From: a virus
Virus record (IMG/VR): IMGVR_UViG_3300009431_000003
Direction: 5' to 3' (one strand)
Length of the DNA: 64,000 nucleotides
Below, in pieces: positions 45,046 to 55,355 of this stretch (within the stretch, counting starts at the first letter, position 1; every line of letters starts with the position of its first letter). A program made the translations under genes and the position numbers. Under the pieces are notes generated by a model. That model did not search any database. It saw only the letters and a list, made by a program, of their open reading frames with translations, and was not told where the DNA came from.

Positions 45046-45246
45046 ATCGGGAAGATATCTGTATACGCTCCAGATGAAACAACTCGATATGAGCTCGACA
45101 GGGCTCAAGCAGAAAAGTTAACAAAAGCAGAAATGCTTCAAATGGCCAATAACATTGGTTTATTGCCTAAAGAAGCTGCTTTTAATGGATTTACTGAAGA
45201 CAAGTTACGAAAGGTAGTTTTAGAAACGGCAACGTCGTTTGAATAG
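45046..45246 (+). CDS. 66-aa small helical protein, apparent ATC start
   Basis: AAGGAG-N5-ATC, then open to TAG 45244-45246. LTKAEMLQMANNIGL resembles Rho-N/HeH small domains. Confidence 0.45.
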   Translation: MGKISVYAPDETTRYELDRAQAEKLTKAEMLQMANNIGLLPKEAAFNGFTEDKLRKVVLETATSFE

Positions 45247-45272
45247 AGGGCTTCGGTCCTCTATTTTTTTTT
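45243..45272 (+). terminator. Intrinsic terminator between convergent operons
   Basis: ATAGAGGGC-TTCG-GTCCTCTAT stem with a cUUCGg tetraloop, followed by a T-tract. Confidence 0.9.
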
Positions 45273-46137
45273 ACCTCACAATCTTTTTCTTTCTAAGAAT
45301 TCCGTAGGCGATAATTGCAGCAGGTAAGGTAAGGCCTGCGCTTCCATATGTAGCCAATGCAGCCCTAAGGGTCTTTTTCGCAGTGGCTTTCTCTTTATCA
45401 GTTAGGGGGGTATCTTCTAACAGCTTCAGCCCTCGATGGCTTGCTTGTGCTTCTGAAAATATTAAAGGGAGCGCGGTAACTGCCCCAACAGCCCCTACAG
45501 AAATAGCTGCCTTAGGAGCTTTAAGTACGGCCAGAGGAGCCAGCCCTCCAGCACCAGCAAGTCTATTTGCTGCTCTGGTATTAATACGCACTAAAGAATC
45601 AACCAAAGTACCTTTTTCTTCAAGCTGGGTTGCGTGCCCGAGCTCGTGTGCTAATATTCCTGGGGAGTTTTTAAGAATAGAATCACCACCTACAACGATA
45701 CCTGCTTTAAGAGAATCAGCAGTAATGCCGGACTTTCCCGGAAGCATTTCTCGGACCTTCTTTATTGTATCCTTTACATTAGTTTTATCTGTCTTTAGAA
45801 AAAAAGCGTTGTTAAAAGGAGAATGAAATAACTTTTTGTATTTCATTTTACGTTTTACAGTTTTACCTTGTTCTTCCGGAACTACTCCAGTTCCTAAAAT
45901 GGCCTCCGTTAATAGTGCTCGTGGCGTCTTTACTACCGCCCCTGTATATACTTTAACTCCTCGACCTTTGGCAAACTCCTCCAATTTTGCTATCGCTGTT
46001 TCCTTAGTTTTTGTAGGTTCTCCATTATCAAGAGTTTTTTGCATAGTAGACACGGCGGCACTATTAAGCACCCGTTGAGCAAGTACTCCAGCCAACACAG
46101 CATCCTCAGATGAAAATTTAGGACCTGTCTGTGTCAC
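45271..46137 (-). CDS. Membrane-associated neutral zinc metallopeptidase (YugP/Zn_peptidase_2-like)
   Basis: LAHELGHA, hydrophobic segment, EAQAS.RG..LL and AKKTLRAALATY. Confidence 0.7.
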   Translation of the reverse strand: MTQTGPKFSSEDAVLAGVLAQRVLNSAAVSTMQKTLDNGEPTKTKETAIAKLEEFAKGRGVKVYTGAVVKTPRALLTEAILGTGVVPEEQGKTVKRKMKYKKLFHSPFNNAFFLKTDKTNVKDTIKKVREMLPGKSGITADSLKAGIVVGGDSILKNSPGILAHELGHATQLEEKGTLVDSLVRINTRAANRLAGAGGLAPLAVLKAPKAAISVGAVGAVTALPLIFSEAQASHRGLKLLEDTPLTDKEKATAKKTLRAALATYGSAGLTLPAAIIAYGILRKKKIVR

Positions 46138-46366
46138 CTTTTATATTCCCCTTTATTCCGAGATACTTCCCAATAAGATACTGACTTCCCATTAAACTAA
46201 CATATGCTGTTAGAAGCTCCCAGGACAATTCAGTAAACCAGCAATGCTTCACCATTAAAACAGAAGCTATACAGTTGCCTATATTTTTCCATAAACGATT
46301 TGCCGAAGGAGTCCCATCAGGCCCAACATATAGTAGATTTTTTATAGTCTTGAATGCATTTTTCAT
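46118..46366 (-). CDS. Small two-TM membrane protein, possible holin
   Basis: DGTPSANRLWKNIG followed by two hydrophobic segments and a basic tail. Confidence 0.45.
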   Translation of the reverse strand: MKNAFKTIKNLLYVGPDGTPSANRLWKNIGNCIASVLMVKHCWFTELSWELLTAYVSLMGSQYLIGKYLGIKGNIKGDTDRS

Positions 46367-49300
46367 TAGCTTGGATAATTCCTTAAAGGTATACGAGACC
46401 TCTTTGAATGAGATATCCCTGTTTGGTCATTTATATCTATACTTCCTGCAGTTAGGTTTGTTTCAGCTATTTCTCTAGTCCCTGCAGGATGCTGGCTTTT
46501 AAAATGAGACCATTTAACATGTGCTCCATATAGCTTAAATCGATGTGCCAAGCAATTGGATGAAGGACTCCCAGGAAGCTCTCCCGTACCCAAAGCCTCT
46601 CCGGTAATCAAAGTTCTTCTATCTTGGAGCTTTGTACCTACAGTAAGTTCCAGCCTCCCCTTAGCATTATCATTTATTAGACCACCACAAGTGACATCAA
46701 AAGCAAAGTCGGCAAAAGTAAAGAAATAATCTACTGCATCAATAGTTTCCTGATGAGAGCCGCGATACGTCCTAAAGCAATCGGAGACAAGTCGCTGCGC
46801 CGGAGATATTTCCGACAATGTTCCATTTTCAAAAAACGGAACAGGGTCCAGCTCTCGCAGATAGATAGAAGCACCTGTAGGTGCTGCTAAAATATATTGT
46901 CCACATATCTGGACAACAGAACCATGATATCTGGCTGCCTGCGTATAACCTAGCCCAAACCCTGCCTGGTCTGCATCATGATCATCTTTTGGTGCTGCAC
47001 TTCTTTTTACAAAACCACCAATGATCCCAAACTTACGGTAGAAATCCGGTGCAGATGAAAATCCCACAAAACCTTCTAAACCACAATAGACTCTAATGCT
47101 CTCGATTACAGCTCCTTGTGGAAGCTGTAATGGTAAAACCCAAGCATTAGAATAGGGTACCTTAGAATCAAACGCATCTACATCACAACGAAAGTGCTGT
47201 GACCAGAAAGGTCTCTGAATCGATCCATCCCTACAATACCATTCAGTTTGTTTATATGGGAAAGTTCCAGGATAGGGTACTGTCCAAATACTGCCTGGGG
47301 CATTATCAAACAAATACGTTATAGTCCCTGGCCCATAAGAGTCTTCTTTGAACCAGTCACTTAAAAACCCCTCTTTCTCAGCCGCGGAATGCCCAGTAGA
47401 AGGGGTACCTGTATTTATGTATATTCCTTCATATTTACTATATCGAGAGTACGCAGGCCCTTCAAGAATATCTTCCTGCCAACGCATCATACGGTGGAAT
47501 GCTGACTGAAAATCTGCAGCAGGATGCCACATTCTCATAGCCCCAAGGTCGTCTCCCTGGTCTCGGCCTACCAATATAGTGTCGGCTGATACCTCTTTCT
47601 CAATAATAGCCCTTCTTGCCGTAACTTCATCCCATTGCTTGGCTAAAAGCTGCCAATCTTCATAATGACTGTCGTAGTCACCTTCAACCCACCCAGGATG
47701 CTCCAGCTTAACCGCAATTTTTCCCTCAATTATCTTTACATCAGTAACAGCTAGCTCAGAAAACTCATTAGCGTCACTGTCGTTAGGATAAACTTTTATT
47801 ACCCGACCGACATCATTAACTGAAAACTGTAACCACTGCTCATACGCTCTTCTATATTCAGGATCATTCCACCAACCTCCCGGAACAACCTCATCATTGC
47901 TTCCCGGAATTAAATAGTACCAATTATACTCCTCTGCCCCCACGCCCAATTGCATCAAAACGGATTCTCGGATTCCCACTTTCCTAATTCTTATCTGAAT
48001 AGTTAGGCCCGGGTCCCATTCTTCATCATGGTTTATGTGCTCCGGATGTGGGAAGGAAGGAGCAAAAGTTAAAGTACAATAATCAACCCCGCCATCAGAA
48101 AAGAATGCAGCAGTTTCTATTACATGTCTTGTTGTATAACTGATTTGTCTTTCTGTATCTGTGTAAGCAATCTCTAAAAGATCTCCCCGCATGCGCGTAA
48201 TTGTCCCTGCAGAGTATGCCTCATTAAGCGTGTCTCCTGATATTCCTGCAGTATCCGGCCAAACCTTAAAGGTTATATCATTGTATCCGGCATAATGCAT
48301 AGAATCGAGGCCTGGATTACTTATAGGCGCCATCTCTATTAAAGAGTTTCTTACCGGGTTATTGCTGCGCCATTCGTATACAGTTTCAACTACAGGCCCC
48401 GGCTGATAAGAATAAATAGAATAATCCTTATTATCCCCAGGAATAACACCATTAAGAGAACCATGCGCAGGCCTTCCAAGAGAAAAGTTGTCACCAGCTA
48501 CAGGAGACAGCTCTCCAAGTACGCCCGTTCTGCTTAAGAACCTCCAAGTATATGGATATGTAGGGTCTGTCTCTGCGTAGGGTCCTCCTTGATCCCAAAG
48601 AGTAGAGTTTGCAAAGGGCTCGGTCATTAAATACCCGTCCCGCAATAATACGTCGCCGCGCAAAATATCTATTGCAGGAGCACGAAAGACAAGAGCGTCC
48701 GGGGCACGATAACCATAGATACCTGCAGAATCTGATTCTTCCATTTCTCGATAAGACCAGGAAACTCTATAATCTCCAACCACACCATCCATATCTACAT
48801 TGTGATATAGCTTCATTAGGTCTATTTGTGGGTATAAAGCATCAAACTCTCCACCATTAAAAGTAGTCTGATGGTTTATAATTACGGTACCTGTGGAAGG
48901 GACCAGTGGAACATAGCCCCCCTCCCATCCAGGTATACGTATAACGGTTTTTAGTATATCGTCTTTTTCTTCTTTCCCGCCCACAACAGAAAAATAAGGA
49001 GAAGCTACTGTTGCAAACACAGCAGCAGGATCTTCCCATTGATGATCAAAAGAATATTCTTCATGTACATTTGGTGAAGGCACAGAAAGTCCTAATACTC
49101 CCGTACCGCTTTGAGATATTGTCATTAAGTTTCGAGGCAGAACAAAGAAGATAATCCCGGAACGGTCTGGTTTAAAAACCCCAGGATCGTTTGTATTAAA
49201 GGCATAGAGGCCTCTAACCTCCCTATCTGTCGTATCTGCGCTTCCCTGAACATAAGGAGCAACATCTGCCCAATCACCATCTACGTCCGAACCCGCCGCA

Positions 49301-52300
49301 AATACACTATAAATTCCTGTTTGGACTTCGTTATTGCTATCTCCTAAAATAATAATATAATCACCGACAGTAACAGAAACTCCTCGATCATCAAGCCAGG
49401 ATAGAGCCCCTTCTCGCCTAAGTCTGGTAGGCGAAACAAATTCAACAGAAGCCTCCGGAAATGTAGGACTTTCATCTGCCAGCCCATCTTCATAATATCC
49501 TTTCACAGCAGCAAGCCTACCTTGCGAAGTACTAAGGAACTCACCTCCCACTCCCATAATCAATGAAAACAAATCAGAATCAAGAGTGTCTGGAATATCC
49601 CAATTATTTAACGCATTTAGCAAGGACACATATCTACCTTGTGCTCCTCCTTGAGAAATGTTTGAACCTTCAAATACTCCACCGAACCCCTTAGTACCGA
49701 GATATCTCATAGAAGCATATGCTGATGTATATCCATAAGAAGGATCAATAGGATTATATTCCCAAGCATTTGCCCGTCCTACTACGCCATGCGCTGCAAA
49801 GTCCCCATCCATGCCCCAGGCTGACCCATAAACCCCATAAGCAACCTTATCTGCCTGAGGAGTATCCGGAAACTGAAAAGCGGCACCGGATAAAGCAGCC
49901 CTTGGATAATCATTAGATGCTGGAGGTATTCCTGCCGGCGGAGGATCAATAGCACCAGCTACCCAGGGCTTCTCCATTCCCGCAGAAGCGTTGATTCTAT
50001 AAAAGGTAACCAAAACCCTTTCTTTCGCTTGAACATTTTGCGGTCTTTTAGAAATAGATCTAATTTCTATACCAAAGTCAGTCCCCACATCAAAAAAGAA
50101 GCTTTCTATATTATAAAACCCGTCCCAATACGAAGAACCTCGAACCTCAATAATAGTAGCGTTATCGGCAACAATACCTTCTGATCCATCTCGGACACCT
50201 AATTGTCGTAAATTATCAAAAACAAACTGGCCCGCAGTTCTGGTCTGTAGTTGGTAGTTCTCAGTCCCTCTAATTGACATATCTACAGGGACAACCGAAA
50301 GATCATTAAAATAAATAGGCCTACGAATAAGTAATGGCACGCCCATCTGTTCATCTGTAGTTACCATATCCAACATCAGCCCATGCTTTGCTACAACATC
50401 TACTTCTTCAAAGCCTTCTCTGCTAAGGCGTACCATTGCTCCATCATTAGCTGATTGATATTGAGCACTTTCATATATTGTAGCGTCTCCCGTAAGGTGT
50501 GGAAGTATTTCACCGTTTATAGGAATCGAAGAGCTCTCAACAATAACATGCTCATTATCAATATAACCAATAATAAGAAACGGGTAGTATCTTATTGGGT
50601 TTGCCGGTCCAGAAAATGCAATAACCAACCCAACATCGTCGGGAGTAAATTGCGGCCCGCTTCCAGATATACCAACATAGGAAACGACGCCAATAGAATT
50701 TATAGATACATCAAAAGGCCCGGAACCTTCTGATCTAGCTATTGCGGGGACCGTCTTAAAACTTGAAGAGTAAGGTACAGCTCCTCCAAACTGATCTGTG
50801 TTGTGTAATGTCATCGGATAACCGGAAACGTGACCAAAATGCCCTCCAGACTCAGTTGTCCATAAATCAGCCATAGCACTTGGAGGCACTTCGCCGTATT
50901 CATATAATTGAGGATCAATTACCCGAGACATACCACCTAATATACCTTGTACAGATACTCTCCGATGGAGGTCCTCTAAAGTTAAAAGAGGATCACCTTC
51001 GTATCTATAAGGCGTGGCTTCAACCACAGTACCAGATGACCGCGGATAAGAACCGTCCCGCTCTCTCCAGAGCGCCGGCATTCTGTAGTTGGACGGATCA
51101 AGTACTGCTTCAGGATAAGCAAACGGCCTTACATGATACAATTCCGTCTGCTCATAATGCCGACCCATAATTCGGCCTATGTGCTCCTGAGCAATACCTG
51201 GAAGTGCCTGCTGGCCTACAATAGGCGGAACATCATCATATCCGGTATAATAAGGCCTATAGTCTTCTGGTTCAGTAATCTTTTTGGGATGCCAATCAGG
51301 TTGAGCAGCATAAAAATGAACAAATATCCTTTTGTACTGTCGAGGTATTGGCCATAAAAATACCCAAGGCTCCTTAAAATAATCACCCGGAGCAGTTATA
51401 ATCAGTTCACCAAAATCACCATATCCTGCTACTGTCTCTCCAAAGCCATCGTTCAGCATTCCTAGAGGAAACTGGCCTTCTACAGACACTTGCCGAGAAC
51501 GTAAAACAACCGTATGATCATCAAGAAGGCCTTCGACCTCGTAATCCAACCTCAGCAGCCCCTCTTCAAAAGCTTCCCTAATGCTCTCAAAAGTCTCACC
51601 ATAAGGATCTGGCACATAATCTAGCCCCTCTGAATTATGGTTTATTGGATCAGCTAATACAGAATTCTGGATACGGGCATGGTCAAATTCCTTAACATCC
51701 ATTTGGAAAGGAGAACTAAAGGGCAAGGCATCCTTGTCTTTTATTTGAGCACTAATCCTTACCGCTGTCTTCTTCTCCACACTTAGAATAAAGGGAGGGT
51801 ATCCCGGAGCGTTCCTTCCAGCAGAGACACTATCAGATCCATAATCTGGGGTAGAAGGACCTATTTTTTCATACTTAATCTGATTTACTTTACCAAATTG
51901 GAGGCTGCCTATAATACCCACAGCTCCAGTATTTTGGTACGCTGGAGATATAAGAGCGAGATCAGTCTGTAGATCATCACCGGGATCATCAAGCAGCGTA
52001 GAATTATCAGAAGAAACCACAGCTACGACTCGGACCCTTTCGCCCTCTACAAAAACATCATTACCTAATTCGTCCGTTACTCGAAATATTTCATCCAATG
52101 CACTATCCGGGCGATCAACATAAACAATATTATCAGACTCAAATAAAGGAGACTCATCAAAAGTAAAATCGGACAAAAGTAATCTATTCCTATTCGCAGG
52201 CACGGCGCCACTGGTATCTACCTCTTTCTTGGCTGGAACAGGCATCCTTCTCAATGTTCTACGATTTAATTCGTCTACTCCAACAGACACAGCCTCATCA

Positions 52301-53082
52301 GCTCTATTAATATGAGTATGAGCAATGTCTTCCGCCTTCATTAAAAGGCGCCCACCTAAAGGTGTTTGTTCTCTATGGTCACTTCCTGGAACATCTTCTA
52401 AATTTGATGTCTCTTTAACATTTGTTATCCAAGTTCTTCTATGAGAAAAAAGATCAATTAGTGAGTATTCCTGGCGACCCACGTCCATACCAATCTCAGT
52501 GGATAATTCGTAAGAAGGAGGAGCACCTCCTACAATATCCCGGTTTATAGCGTAAATATAACAACGCCTAAGTTCTGTATCCGAGGGTATAGATGTATTT
52601 TTAAAATAAAAATAACCTACTCGTTCCCATACAAGAATTGGGGGAGCAGGAGGATTAGGCATCAAATGGAGAGGTATTGAGTTTGTTGGATCGGTATAAG
52701 TGCCTGGTACAGCTCCTTGGCCAGAGCTCCAAACAAGTACATCAGCAGCTTCAATTGCCTCCATTAATTCTTGAGTAGTAAAATAATTCTGTACAGCAGT
52801 ATCTGCTATAGGAAGGTTAATTTCTAATCGCCAAATAAGATCTTCATCTAAAGGAACATCTCCAGGAAAGAATGCTGAGATATCTGAATGGGGGCCGCTA
52901 TTTAACTGTATATACATCCCTAAATCAAAAGTAGTTTCCGTGTATGTCGAGAGAATAAACCGGCGAGAAGTATCACACTTCCGCTCATTACGTACTTCAG
53001 CCATCTGTAATAGGTTTGTATCTGACGCTCCCAACAACATGGGCCTACGCCAAATATGCCGTCTTTCTTTATTATTGCCCAT
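46366..53082 (-). CDS. Very large acidic tail/baseplate or fibre protein (2238 aa)
   Basis: Size, beta-rich D/G/P/Y composition, and position in the tail operon; no catalytic motif recognised. Confidence 0.55.
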   Translation of the reverse strand: MGNNKERRHIWRRPMLLGASDTNLLQMAEVRNERKCDTSRRFILSTYTETTFDLGMYIQLNSGPHSDISAFFPGDVPLDEDLIWRLEINLPIADTAVQNYFTTQELMEAIEAADVLVWSSGQGAVPGTYTDPTNSIPLHLMPNPPAPPILVWERVGYFYFKNTSIPSDTELRRCYIYAINRDIVGGAPPSYELSTEIGMDVGRQEYSLIDLFSHRRTWITNVKETSNLEDVPGSDHREQTPLGGRLLMKAEDIAHTHINRADEAVSVGVDELNRRTLRRMPVPAKKEVDTSGAVPANRNRLLLSDFTFDESPLFESDNIVYVDRPDSALDEIFRVTDELGNDVFVEGERVRVVAVVSSDNSTLLDDPGDDLQTDLALISPAYQNTGAVGIIGSLQFGKVNQIKYEKIGPSTPDYGSDSVSAGRNAPGYPPFILSVEKKTAVRISAQIKDKDALPFSSPFQMDVKEFDHARIQNSVLADPINHNSEGLDYVPDPYGETFESIREAFEEGLLRLDYEVEGLLDDHTVVLRSRQVSVEGQFPLGMLNDGFGETVAGYGDFGELIITAPGDYFKEPWVFLWPIPRQYKRIFVHFYAAQPDWHPKKITEPEDYRPYYTGYDDVPPIVGQQALPGIAQEHIGRIMGRHYEQTELYHVRPFAYPEAVLDPSNYRMPALWRERDGSYPRSSGTVVEATPYRYEGDPLLTLEDLHRRVSVQGILGGMSRVIDPQLYEYGEVPPSAMADLWTTESGGHFGHVSGYPMTLHNTDQFGGAVPYSSSFKTVPAIARSEGSGPFDVSINSIGVVSYVGISGSGPQFTPDDVGLVIAFSGPANPIRYYPFLIIGYIDNEHVIVESSSIPINGEILPHLTGDATIYESAQYQSANDGAMVRLSREGFEEVDVVAKHGLMLDMVTTDEQMGVPLLIRRPIYFNDLSVVPVDMSIRGTENYQLQTRTAGQFVFDNLRQLGVRDGSEGIVADNATIIEVRGSSYWDGFYNIESFFFDVGTDFGIEIRSISKRPQNVQAKERVLVTFYRINASAGMEKPWVAGAIDPPPAGIPPASNDYPRAALSGAAFQFPDTPQADKVAYGVYGSAWGMDGDFAAHGVVGRANAWEYNPIDPSYGYTSAYASMRYLGTKGFGGVFEGSNISQGGAQGRYVSLLNALNNWDIPDTLDSDLFSLIMGVGGEFLSTSQGRLAAVKGYYEDGLADESPTFPEASVEFVSPTRLRREGALSWLDDRGVSVTVGDYIIILGDSNNEVQTGIYSVFAAGSDVDGDWADVAPYVQGSADTTDREVRGLYAFNTNDPGVFKPDRSGIIFFVLPRNLMTISQSGTGVLGLSVPSPNVHEEYSFDHQWEDPAAVFATVASPYFSVVGGKEEKDDILKTVIRIPGWEGGYVPLVPSTGTVIINHQTTFNGGEFDALYPQIDLMKLYHNVDMDGVVGDYRVSWSYREMEESDSAGIYGYRAPDALVFRAPAIDILRGDVLLRDGYLMTEPFANSTLWDQGGPYAETDPTYPYTWRFLSRTGVLGELSPVAGDNFSLGRPAHGSLNGVIPGDNKDYSIYSYQPGPVVETVYEWRSNNPVRNSLIEMAPISNPGLDSMHYAGYNDITFKVWPDTAGISGDTLNEAYSAGTITRMRGDLLEIAYTDTERQISYTTRHVIETAAFFSDGGVDYCTLTFAPSFPHPEHINHDEEWDPGLTIQIRIRKVGIRESVLMQLGVGAEEYNWYYLIPGSNDEVVPGGWWNDPEYRRAYEQWLQFSVNDVGRVIKVYPNDSDANEFSELAVTDVKIIEGKIAVKLEHPGWVEGDYDSHYEDWQLLAKQWDEVTARRAIIEKEVSADTILVGRDQGDDLGAMRMWHPAADFQSAFHRMMRWQEDILEGPAYSRYSKYEGIYINTGTPSTGHSAAEKEGFLSDWFKEDSYGPGTITYLFDNAPGSIWTVPYPGTFPYKQTEWYCRDGSIQRPFWSQHFRCDVDAFDSKVPYSNAWVLPLQLPQGAVIESIRVYCGLEGFVGFSSAPDFYRKFGIIGGFVKRSAAPKDDHDADQAGFGLGYTQAARYHGSVVQICGQYILAAPTGASIYLRELDPVPFFENGTLSEISPAQRLVSDCFRTYRGSHQETIDAVDYFFTFADFAFDVTCGGLINDNAKGRLELTVGTKLQDRRTLITGEALGTGELPGSPSSNCLAHRFKLYGAHVKWSHFKSQHPAGTREIAETNLTAGSIDINDQTGISHSKRSRIPLRNYPS

Positions 53083-54175
53083 TTACTTTTCCCCCTCTCT
53101 CCTTCATACTACTGAGGCGAGCTTCTGGATTATCAAGCCCACCAGCAATTGTATACAACCTGACACCGTCAATCGACCGGACATAAACGCCGCGAAATAC
53201 CGTCCCAACACTAAAAACTTCGCTAAGAACACCAAAGGCATGATCCATATCAATATCCTTTACTTTGCTAAGAGCTTCTTCTGAACCGACTACCAGACCC
53301 GCAGCAGAAATAGTACTCTCCAAATTAAATCCATCTGCCAAAAAAGTATGCTTTACAGCTCCTCGTATTCCTGCGCTTATAGCGTCTCGGGTAAGAGTAT
53401 TTGGTTTTATTGCTCCAAACACTACCGTCCCGCTTTCCAGAATTGTAGTGTAATCTGCTGGATCAAAAACCTCAAGATCCGATTCTTGGCCGGCCATAAG
53501 ATTAAATGCATGAAATACCCTAACAAAATAATTATTAACTAAAGTCTTTGCTTCAAGCATCCCTGCATTTGGAAACAATTCAGAAACTGTATCATTATCC
53601 AAAAGAATTAGAGGACTAAAATCTTGACCAGAATTGGTGCAGAGATTTTCCAATAAAGCAAAAGCATTAGCATTTGGCCTGGAGCCTTCAGACCTCTTTG
53701 GTAAAGTAGAAATAATACCTACCTTCTTCTTATTTATTGAAAGCCTCACAGCGTCTCGAAATTGATGAATAGCTTGAAGTAGCGGCCTAACACTCCCCGT
53801 ACCAGTCCCTCCACCAGCGCCAACAACAATAAAAGCATGGTCTACCTCGTCGCCCCAAGAACTCCTTAACTTATCAACCACAAGCCCAATATCTTTATAT
53901 AGTGCTTCTTCTCCCTTTTTAGGGTCTTTCGCAGCACCAGAAACAGGAATAATTAGCTTATTTGGGCATTGTATTTTATCCATATCTTGCTCTGTAGTAT
54001 TAATACAAAGAACCCTACGATAACCCAAACGCCAAAAAGCATCAGCAATTCTGCAACCACCGGCACCTGCCCCAACAAAAGACATCTTTAATGCAGGAAT
54101 AAATCCTTCATCCAAAATTCTGTCTTCTTTTTCTTCCGCCTCGCTTACATCTGGTATATCAAAAATATCGCTCAT
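53072..54175 (-). CDS. Tubulin/FtsZ-family GTPase (PhuZ/TubZ/CetZ-like)
   Basis: FVGAGAGGCRIA, tubulin signature GAGGGTGTG, T7-like FDPADY, and a C-terminal activation domain. Confidence 0.88.
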   Translation of the reverse strand: MSDIFDIPDVSEAEEKEDRILDEGFIPALKMSFVGAGAGGCRIADAFWRLGYRRVLCINTTEQDMDKIQCPNKLIIPVSGAAKDPKKGEEALYKDIGLVVDKLRSSWGDEVDHAFIVVGAGGGTGTGSVRPLLQAIHQFRDAVRLSINKKKVGIISTLPKRSEGSRPNANAFALLENLCTNSGQDFSPLILLDNDTVSELFPNAGMLEAKTLVNNYFVRVFHAFNLMAGQESDLEVFDPADYTTILESGTVVFGAIKPNTLTRDAISAGIRGAVKHTFLADGFNLESTISAAGLVVGSEEALSKVKDIDMDHAFGVLSEVFSVGTVFRGVYVRSIDGVRLYTIAGGLDNPEARLSSMKERGGKVNGQ

Positions 54176-54204
54176 AATTGACCCCTATTTGGCTTCCACG
54201 GTTC

Positions 54205-54924
54205 TCAAAATCTAATCTCCCACATTATATAAATTGCATAAGTTCTCTTTTTTGGGATTGGATCAAAAGCTTTATATGCCATAGGTCTTTGTTTATCTGC
54301 GTCGTTAATACCTGTATCCCTTGATCCTGGCGCCCACATTAAAAGCTCTGGAGTAGATCCCCTATCGTAATCAGAGCCATCAGTAAATAACCCGGCCTCG
54401 GAAATAAAACCCTCGCTTTCATGTTCCCCACCCTCAAAAGTAATATCATCTTCTCCAATTACTAACTCGTATCGTACAATAGTACGGGCAGGGTATAAAG
54501 GAAATTGTGGCGGAATAACAATAGGAGCAAGAAATTCTTGTGCTCGAAATTCCATAGGAGTATGTAACCGAGCCACTTTTGATTCTTCGGGAAATACTCC
54601 TTCCCCAAAGCCCATATATCTTATTCGGTCATTACGGTAAGGAGTACCTCCTCCGTCCTCAGACTGGTAAGACATCAACAACGCAAGGTATTCTCGGCCA
54701 GTTAGTGTCCATATATTATTGCCTCTTCGACGCGCCACAATAACTCCTGAAGAATCAAAGGCAGTAATATCAACAAAACCCTCAATAGCTATAGAAGGAG
54801 GAAGTGTTCCTTTGTTTTGTAATTCAATATCTCTTTGCTGAACTACTTGCTTTTTATGTTTTTCCATACAAGCAATTATTGTATCGGATACTCTAACTTC
54901 CTCAGTAAAACCTAAAATACTCAT
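54205..54924 (-). CDS. Putative baseplate/tail-collar protein
   Basis: N.WT.TGREYLA, YMGFGEG, ISEAGLF, and F.PI.K....I.WEI.F pattern of collar/baseplate proteins. Confidence 0.6.
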   Translation of the reverse strand: MSILGFTEEVRVSDTIIACMEKHKKQVVQQRDIELQNKGTLPPSIAIEGFVDITAFDSSGVIVARRRGNNIWTLTGREYLALLMSYQSEDGGGTPYRNDRIRYMGFGEGVFPEESKVARLHTPMEFRAQEFLAPIVIPPQFPLYPARTIVRYELVIGEDDITFEGGEHESEGFISEAGLFTDGSDYDRGSTPELLMWAPGSRDTGINDADKQRPMAYKAFDPIPKKRTYAIYIMWEIRF

Positions 54925-55355
54925 GTAGCAACCCCCTCTAAAGAAACCAAGCTCGATCCTGAACCTATATCCTTAGTAAGCTTAATAGTAACTATCCCTG
55001 GACCTTCTAAAATAACACGAAGTATTGGAACTTTCCCATACCCCCACCCATAGTTAGTATCTGAAAAAGGTGAGGCGTGAATAATTGCGTAAACCGGCCT
55101 AAAGGTCCCAGCACCTACTCCAGGCAGCACTTCCTCAAGAATAGGACAACTACTATATCCGCCATACCCACCATAACCGTAACCCCCATACCCCGTCTCT
55201 ATCATAAGCTCGTCGCCCTCAACAGTAAATAAACAAGGCCCTAATACAGGAGTTAGTATATCTTCGGGAATAAGATCAAGCCTATGATCTATCAAAATTG
55301 GTGTACCACTAAATACAATCACAATATTTCCTATACGAGCGGATAAGGCAACCAA
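54921..55355 (-). CDS. Hypothetical structural protein with a GYGGYGYGGYGGY loop
   Basis: In the tail operon, overlapping both neighbours. Confidence 0.5.
   Translation of the reverse strand: MVALSARIGNIVIVFSGTPILIDHRLDLIPEDILTPVLGPCLFTVEGDELMIETGYGGYGYGGYGGYSSCPILEEVLPGVGAGTFRPVYAIIHASPFSDTNYGWGYGKVPILRVILEGPGIVTIKLTKDIGSGSSLVSLEGVAT

Noticed and set aside
53072-54175. Nucleus-forming phage
   Set aside because: No chimallin-like gene is recognisable in the window, and a tubulin alone is insufficient.
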